Below, in pieces: positions 53,001 to 62,000 of a DNA stretch of 64,000 nucleotides (position 1 is the first letter of the stretch; the number at the start of each line of letters is the position of its first letter). The translations under genes were made by a program, and so were the position numbers. Source of the DNA: Barthelona sp. PCE (lineage: Eukaryota); NCBI GenBank assembly GCA_040285745.1, contig JAUFOR010000008.1, positions 1,798,001 to 1,862,000 of the forward strand, written 5' to 3'. A model generated the notes under the pieces. It was given only the letters and a program-made list of their open reading frames with translations, searched no databases and was not told where the DNA came from.

Positions 53001-56000
53001 GTATTGACAGAAACATGAGAAAGATTGAGAAATTGTTCTTCGGATCTGACCTGGAACAGAGCATGAATGCAAACTTTTCAAATGTTTCTGAATTCTTCCC
53101 TCAATTCTCGGTTGAGCTCATACTTGAGATCCCAAGAATTATTCCTAACATCAGTGCGTTGTATCTCCATCACGAATGCGTCCGTGTGGTTAAGTCAATG
53201 ATCAACGTCTTCCGATCTCTGCCAAAATTGACAATTGCTGGTGTTCAGGAATACTGCGAACAGGCTGCCTATCAGGACGATACGTTTAAGCATGTTGATT
53301 CAAACGAACAGTCGATCAAGTCCATCACTGAAGAAATTGAGTTTCTTGATAGTACACTCAATTCTCGAGTCCAATCTCCATCATTGGAAGATTCAATGAA
53401 GATAGCAGAAGAATTCAAGAGACAAGAGCTGTCAAAGGAAATGGTAAACTCAGGCGAGTTTAATACAGTTGGGACAAATGATGAAAATAATAATGAGGAA
53501 AATGTTGAAGAAGAAGCTGGTCCACTTGCTGGTGGTCTTAGCATCCCCTCTAATGCTTTCGTCAATAATGAAGTGCACCTCAGATCGCTCAATGAGCTTT
53601 CTTTCATGACTAACGTTCTTGAAACTGTTGGACCTGAGCAGTTCGAATCAACAGTTTCTATGGTTTCTGATTTCTACATCATTATTCTGGAATCGGACGA
53701 ACTATTATTCCACGGTTTGCGTTTCCGTCACCTACTGAAGGTTTTAGATCGTGTTCAAGATTTTATTGATGATTTCGTCAGCAAGGTAAGTTGGATTTAT
53801 GTCAAAGATCGTGATGAATTTTTCAAAACTTCAAAAATGATTCGCTGGTCATTATTTGATTTTGAAGTACACTTTGGTGAGCTACTTGAGGTGGAACGTC
53901 TCATTTCTTCATGGGATGATATACTTCATGTGAATTTTACTTCTTTCCAGTTCAATCTGGAAGTATTGAAAGCTTGTTTGATAAGTGAGCTTCACTCTTG
54001 GTCCGCACTTTATGCCTCTGTGTTGCGCAACCGTATCTATGAGAAGCTTTATTACTTAGTTGTCGATTGTTCTTCTTATCTTAAGAAGTTTGAGATGGAT
54101 ATCGAAACCCTTAATGATTTCAAAGATATTTCTATTATCCTTGATCGTTTGAATACTTCAGAAGTCGAGAGGGAACTTAGTATCGTTGATATTAGACAAG
54201 GTTATCGTTTGTTAGGTGATTATAACTATGGTATTCCACTTGAAGCCACTCAGGTTGCAGAGGACATTGCTGCAGATTACCGCCAAGCAATTCGCGATCA
54301 TTTCATTCCACTGAACGAATACTTTTATCAGTTTTGTTTTAAGTTGGTGGAACAAAAAGCTATGAAAGAACAAGTTGATATCGAAGATTCAGACCTTGAA
54401 AGTTTTGATGATAACCGCAGTCAGTTTTCTGTCGCATTATCTCATGTATCTAGTTCACAACGCTCTCTTCGTAGCCTTAAGCCCAATAGTTCCAGTTTCA
54501 TGAAGAAGAAGTTCTTTGGTTCAGGTACTGTACATGACGACAAAAATATGGCAATTCAAAACGCTGCTGCTCTTACAATTCAGAGAGTGTGGCGTGGCTA
54601 TGTTGTTCGTCGTAATCTTTCTGAAACTGCTGGTTTCATTATAGATATCAGTTCAGAAGAAGAGGAGGAAGTTGTACTCCCTAATCAGGAAGGTGTAACT
54701 CCTGCTGCAGCTGCTATGCATCTTCCCTTGGAAGAGATGGCCTCATTGACCGAGTTGAATGTTAACGTTGAGAATATCGAACACTCGTTCGATGACATCT
54801 TTGAGGATTTCAATCATTTGCCTCTTTTTCCTGGTTGTACTATTGATGTAGTCAGCGAGGCCCTACTTCTATCGACCGTTATACAACTCGTTGGATGGAC
54901 CAAAAAGCGTGAGATCAAGGTGAAGAAGACCCTAACCAATCATTCAGATCAACATCTCGCAGCTCTGTTGGCCATCTCCCGTACTGTTAAAGTTGACTCT
55001 GTGAAGCTCAAGAGTGCACTTGACTCGTCAGGTCCCCTGGTGCAGGGTATCAGCGTTCAGGAATCCATTCAAAGATTTAAGGATTTTGCCAAGACTCTTA
55101 AGACCATCAAAAAGCAAGTTGATGAGTATCAGTCATCTGCAAAGTTCTTTAACCTCTCCAAATTGGACCTTCCTGAGCTGGACCAGCTTGAAGTTGACAA
55201 CAAAGTGTTTGTAACCATTTTTAGTTTGCATCAACAAATTGATGGACTTGATGAACGTTTCCGCAGGAGTCTTGTAAGTGGAATAGATTTATATTCATTC
55301 AACCACTCATTTGAGCGATTGAGAACAGCTTTCAACAAGCTTGATCTTGGATTTTACCGTGATGTTGCGGTTGTCAATCGTATTACAAATTCTTTGCGTG
55401 TCAGTGGCCAGATTATTCCCATCATTCAGATCATCAACGATGCTGAACTCAACGTTATTCATTGGAAGAAGCTATTAGAGCTCTTGTGGAAACTAGCTGA
55501 GAAACCTAATAATTCAGAAAGCTACAATCTCAGCGCTCTCTGTGTTGAAGAGCTTGTTTATCTTGAGGTATGGAACTTCCGTGATTTCGTAGAACGATTT
55601 TTGCTTGCAACAGCTCGTGAGAATGAGATGGAAAAGAATTTGAGCGATATACTTGAGAATAACAGAGCCAAATGTTTTTTCTTTTTTAAAAACTGTTACA
55701 ACACTGAATTCTTTAACAGTGATCGTTTGGAAAAAGAAATATCTGGATTCAAGACTGATGCAATTCTTTTACAAGATTTTGATGTCACAAATAACAAAAT
55801 TATTCAAATGGAGAATAATGATAGCTCAAAGGTTCTTCCTTCTCTTAAGATGCGTGTTAATTTGTGGTGCAAAATTTTCACTACAGTTAGCACTCTCATT
55901 GAGGATCTGCTTTCAATTCAAAAGCGTGTCATCAGCTTCTCAGAGCTTTGGCATGGTATCATGCATGAGACAGCTACTTCTGAGGAATATTCAATTACAT

Positions 56001-59000
56001 CAAAGGTTATGCAATACTGGAACCAGCTCATATCACTGAGTTATAAGCGTCAAAAGCTTATGCTTGACTTCTTAATTGATGTTCATTCGTTGAGTTTCCA
56101 GCTCAGTAACGCAACAGAGGTTGTATTCCCTCAACTAAGGGATATTTTAGTCGATGCCGAAAAAATGGTTGCGGTTTATCTGCAGCGAGTCGTGAAGCAT
56201 GTTCCCCGTTTAAGTTTCCTACCTCCTGATCTCCGTCAGCGTTTTCTATGTGATATTCCTCGTTATCTTGATGAACGCTTCTTGCACCGTGATGTTCTAT
56301 CCCTTTTGTTCCCAAGTGTTATTGGATTAATTTTTTCCGATAAGGAAGAAGAAGATGAGGGTATAGTCACCGGTCTCATTGGTAACAACGGTGAGACAAT
56401 TAACTTACCTATGAAAATTGTTCTCATGCCTGATTTAGATCTGGAAGAGCTATCACCTTCGATTAAGCACTTTATGCTTCTTAAACTCAACCAAACACTT
56501 AATCAATTCACACAGGCGATTGAACTTTATGTTAAGTCATCTATTTTTAATCTGTTACAGAATTTTGAGACTGATTCGGATAATAGCCTCATCAATGTTG
56601 ATGATATTAGTGGTTCATCATCGCAGACAGTCATCATTGCAACTTGCATTGTTGTCTGGAAACACACAATCAGTTGTTTCAATACAAATGGGGATTCGGT
56701 CAAGTTTAACAAGCAGCAACTGGGTAGAATCATTACAAAGCTTAATCATGACATTGCATTATGTTGTGTACATTTCCATGAGTTCCATGCAGGTGCTAAT
56801 AGCCAAGTTCGTAACTTAAAGTCAGCAGATGAGTTGATTCGTAAACAACTTGGTTCGGTTCTTTACTTCTGGAGAACCAGTCTTATTCAAGTTGTCAAAG
56901 GAAAGATGAACGCTGATGAATTTTTCAAACATCATCTTCGCTTTAGAATGATCTATTACGACAAAATGGATAAAGAACGTTACTATGGGAATTTTGAGGA
57001 TTGTCCCTCTGGTATTGTTTCAAACTATAAGATACAATACAATCTTAGTGCAAGCGAGGAGGACTGGACCGACTACGGATACAATTATGTATCTGTCATT
57101 AATGAATTCCCTCTCTGTCGTGAAAATAAGAAGACGGTTGATAATACATTACGTTTGTTTAAGTTACCAACTTGTCCGTTGTTTAACAGTTGGATGGGTT
57201 CCAACCCTCTTGTCAGCAACATTGAATTGTTGACCGGTCATAAGTTCTTCAAACTTAACTGTGTACTTGACCCTGATGTTATTATCATTGAACGTGCTCT
57301 CAGAGCTGCAGTCACACAAGGTTATTGGATTTGGTTGGCAAACGTTCATCATCTTAACGTGGACACTCTCCGTTCTCTCTCAGTCGATATTCGCTCATCC
57401 CTTAAGATGAAGGGGAAGGAAGTTTTGTTCGACAAGGTTTTACACAAGGTCAGTGAAAAATTCTGTGTTGTATTTTCAGCACATGGTCGATTAGGACCAA
57501 AATTTTCTGCTATCCGACCTGTTGTTACTCCAATTGCTATTCGTAGGCTTGATTTATCAGTTCGTCTCCCCCTTACACTTTTCTTTAGCGGGTTCATTTT
57601 CGCTTTTGACATAGCAAAGCGTATTCTTGAATTTAGACGTATTTATGAGGCTTTATTCCATCGTAGAATCTCACAGCCTGAGCTTAACGTTGTAACATCT
57701 GTATGTATATATCAGCTTATGGTTAATGCTCCCTCTGTTCCCAAACTGTTCCATCTTTTGAGCACAGTAGAAAACATTACTATATCTAATGAAGAAATAC
57801 GCAATAATTTGTTCCGTCATGAACTCACTGCTATTGCCGCTTCATTCAGACATACGCTGTTCCGCCATACTCCCCCTTCTAGGGATTTCACAAATGATTT
57901 CCGAGTGTTGCAACCCAAAACTCCAGAACCAAAAGAAGAGGAAGTTGCCCAAAGAAGAAAACCAAAACCCACACAAAAGAACCGTAAGAAGAATCAACGT
58001 GTCGAGAAGAAGCGTGGTTTTTCTGTTGAAGTATTTGAAGGCGAACACTCAATTTTAGATTTAGCAATATGCAACAGTTTCCAAATGAGTGAGATTAAAG
58101 ATCTTCTTACAATTCCTCATCCTTTCTTTTTGGAATCCGAAGATAGCAATAACGTTTTCTCAGAAAACTTGCAGAAGGTTTGCAAAAAGTCTGATTTACC
58201 TGCTCCTTCTGACTCTTTTATTGAAGTTTGCGGTAACATATACAGAGATTTGGTATCTTATAAAGTTCTTGTTGTCGGTGGAGAGGCTCAGACAGGCAAA
58301 ACAACAATTACACGTTGCGCTATAAACACTGCACGTGAACTTGGTGAAGATTGGTTGTATGATTATATCCCAGCAGATCCGAAGAGTTTTAGCAGTATAC
58401 TGAAGTGTTTAGAACGAGCAAATCATACTGATAAGCCTATTCTCTGTCACTTAAATACATTTTCATCTCGTACAAATATGGATCTTGTGAATTTCGCTCA
58501 TCTTGTTCGTCTTGGTGATCCTTCAGCGTTTTTGAGTAACGGCAATGCATTGAGCATTCCTCCCAACTTCCATCTACTCATTGAGTGTTTGGATGTTAAA
58601 GGATGGCAACGTCTTGAACTTTTTTGTATCACAATCCCCAACCATGCTTTGGATTGGCGAAAACTTGTTGATCATTTCATCGATAAGATCCGTATTGAAG
58701 AAAAAACTGCTCTTGACAATCTAGCTATGGAGGGTATATACCCTGAATCATCTGTTGAGATGTTAGAGGAAAATTATAATCAGTGGGTTCAAACCCGCAA
58801 AGCTCCAAATTCATTTGCAACAAACACTGCCTACTTAATGGCATCAGGTGTTGATCCCAGTGAAGATGTTGAGCCTGAGAGTGTTGAGCCAACTTCAGCT
58901 CATACTGATGAAAGTGATGATGATGGTATCAACGTATCGACCGCTGAATCCTTAGAGAGACATCCTCCAAGTGGGCATCCCAGTGGCATCCCACGAGGAC

Positions 59001-62000
59001 ATCCTGGAGGTCACCCCAGTGGTATTCCAATGGGTGTTCCTCTTGACATGCCAATAGGGCATCCTGGACATATAACCATTGGAAATACCCCAATAGCATT
59101 ACGTTCTCCTTCTGGCTCTCGTCCTTCAAGTGGTATATCATTATCTAGAAAGAATAGCGCAGCTTCTTTCATGTCAACTGTTGATGATAAAGATGGTAAA
59201 TGTGAATCCAGCGCGGATGTTCTTCATTGGCTGATCAACAAGTTTTTTGAACCTCTTTATGTGCATATTTTCAGTGATCTTAGTGATGGTGATGTGAATT
59301 CAAATAATCCACCCAGTATTAGAGTTACATGTAGAGCTTTATTATCTATTCTTGCTGGTGTTTTCCATTGTATTCACACAAATACATGCCCTTTATCATA
59401 TCCATTAAATTCTACTCACATTCGTCGTCTATTCTTCTTCGCACTTCAATGGGCGGTTGGTTCATCAACTGCTACTTCTGATCGTATCAAGATTTTCTGT
59501 TACATGGTGGATGTTCTAAAGATTCCGGGTTCACCGAACTTCTATCCAATGACCGAAGGATACAAAGGCCGTGTTTCAATGAGTGTTGTTCGTCGCGATC
59601 CATACTTCTTCAGCTTTGATGTCATGAGTGGTGAATGGTCTCCACCTTTCAGACTATTCGAGAGTCGTCGTCTTACAGATGTTTACAAACTTGGTGTCCG
59701 AATGAAGGAGCGTATGCTCGAATTCTCAGAAGTAAGTTTCCCACGATTAGTTCGAAATGAATACGTGACTCAGTTTTTGTACCTTGGTGCTATCTCAAGC
59801 GTTGGTGTTGGTGCATTACCAGTCACATTCCTTGGTAATGCTGGTGTAGGTAAGACTGCTATGCTTAATGGATTGTTTGACAAAGATCGAACTTCAATAT
59901 TTATGTCAAGTATGCACTCCATCGATCTTAGTTCATTTACTTCCAATTCTCAACTCAAATCTCACCTACTAGAGTACTGCAGTTTCGTCAAGCCTGGTGA
60001 ATATGAGGTGTCTAAACCTGATTTGAGATTTGGATCACATCTGGTAAAACTGGATCGAGCTAATTTCTCAAGAGTTCAGGCTGTTTTATATGAACTTGCT
60101 CAGAACAAATCAATGATCTTGGATGAGGATCTTTCTACAATCACTGTGAATAACTTCTTATGGATGTGCTCATTCGATTCATCTAAGCTTTTCAATCCAC
60201 GTACTAAAGCAATGTTTTTCTCAATTCAACTCGACTACATTAATCAAAACGCTTTCGAACATCTCGCTTTTGAATGGCTTAATACTCACTTTACATTGTC
60301 ACGTGGCTTCAGCTCTGATATTTGTGAAACTTTACCAAAACAAATTTCTTATTGCTTCAGTGTTGCAGCTAATATTTTTATGGGTTTGAGCAAAACGCGT
60401 GTAGGTTTCACTCTCTCTTTTGATGCTTTCGTGCAAGTTATCCGTGGCCTTTTAAGTTATCCAGTTCACAAGAATTCAAACATCAATGAGATTCTTCGTA
60501 TTTATTACAGTGGTTTTATTGTTTGTATCTCACAGTTTGAAGATGAACATATTGAAAAAATTACTAGTTACATCAAGACTTTCTACGCTCAGAACTTTAA
60601 CTGCACAGAAGAGTTTATTGATTCCCTTGACAAAAACATAGTCATGCCACTGGGTTTTTACGGAAAAGACGGTAAGTGGGAGATGAAAATGGTAACGGTG
60701 GATGAAATTTTTGAAGTTGTTAAAAAGGAAATCCGTGTATTCACTTACAGTAATGACTGGAGAATTAAACTAGATGTATTTAGGATTGCTTTCCTATTAC
60801 AATCACGTCACTCTTCTTTGATTGTTTGTCTTCTTGATCGAAAATACTGTAATTCAGAGCTAGAAAATGTCATTCCTGGTCTTGTACATGATATCTTAAT
60901 GTGTTTACTTAAGCACTTTGGTTTCAATCATATTGAATTCCATCGTCGTCTTAACTACAGGGAATTGAGTAAGTTGGGTAAGAAGAAACCCACATATTGT
61001 ATAGTTGATGCCAGTATTTTGCGTACAAACTTCCGCACCATTTCTAAGCTAATCAATTCAATTGATTACAAAGATACTGATATCAAGCTCATCTTCCATA
61101 TGTCAATGGAGGACAGTCAACTCATGCCTTTGTATCGATCTGATTCGCGTTTCGCTTCAAAATCTCTGTTTACTAAACTCAATCTACCAACACTGACAGA
61201 CTACTACCCTAATTGCATTGACTGTATTCATGAGACTATCGATAAGGATGCTATGTTCTTGCGTTGTTATGAGCAGTTTAAGGAAACAATGCCAGAACTC
61301 CAATTTAACAGTCTTGAAACATGGCTGCGTTACTTTGTTGAATTTGCGGTATTTTCTTTCGGTCAGGATATGTTCCCCATTGTGCATTTGGACGAAGTAG
61401 CGAGCAAATTCAGAGCTAAACAGTTACCGATGCAGAATTTCCTTGTTAATGATGTTCTACCAGAGTTCGAATCTTGGAACCGAGCTCTAAATGTGTTACA
61501 AACCAACAGTAATGAGATCCGCACCGCTTTCAATATGAACGATCCTCCTCAGAAGAAGGGGAAACAAAAACAGGCAGTAGATCCATTTACTGAGCAATAC
61601 CCACTATTTGTTAATTATGTTGATGAACTTGTGGATAAACAAGTAGCATTTGATTTGATCAATGATGTATTCCCTAAACGCATTCCAGAAGACCGTACAG
61701 CATTCCAAAATTTCCTTTCATTGGATCAAATAGATATCTTCATGAACGGTTTACAAATCGAATTCTTGCATGTTCTCAAGAAGCATAATATGTATATTGG
61801 GTTCCTGGAGGATACTCAATCTATTGTTACATCGCTTGAATCCTTTATTGAAGATATTGAATTGCTTAGAGAAGGCTCGAATGATTTCATTAATGAGCTG
61901 GAGAGTCAATCCAAGAATGAGATGAGTAGACTAACTGATGTTAGTACTAAACTCGCTACTTGTCACAACAAGGTCGATGAATATAACGAAGAACAACATC

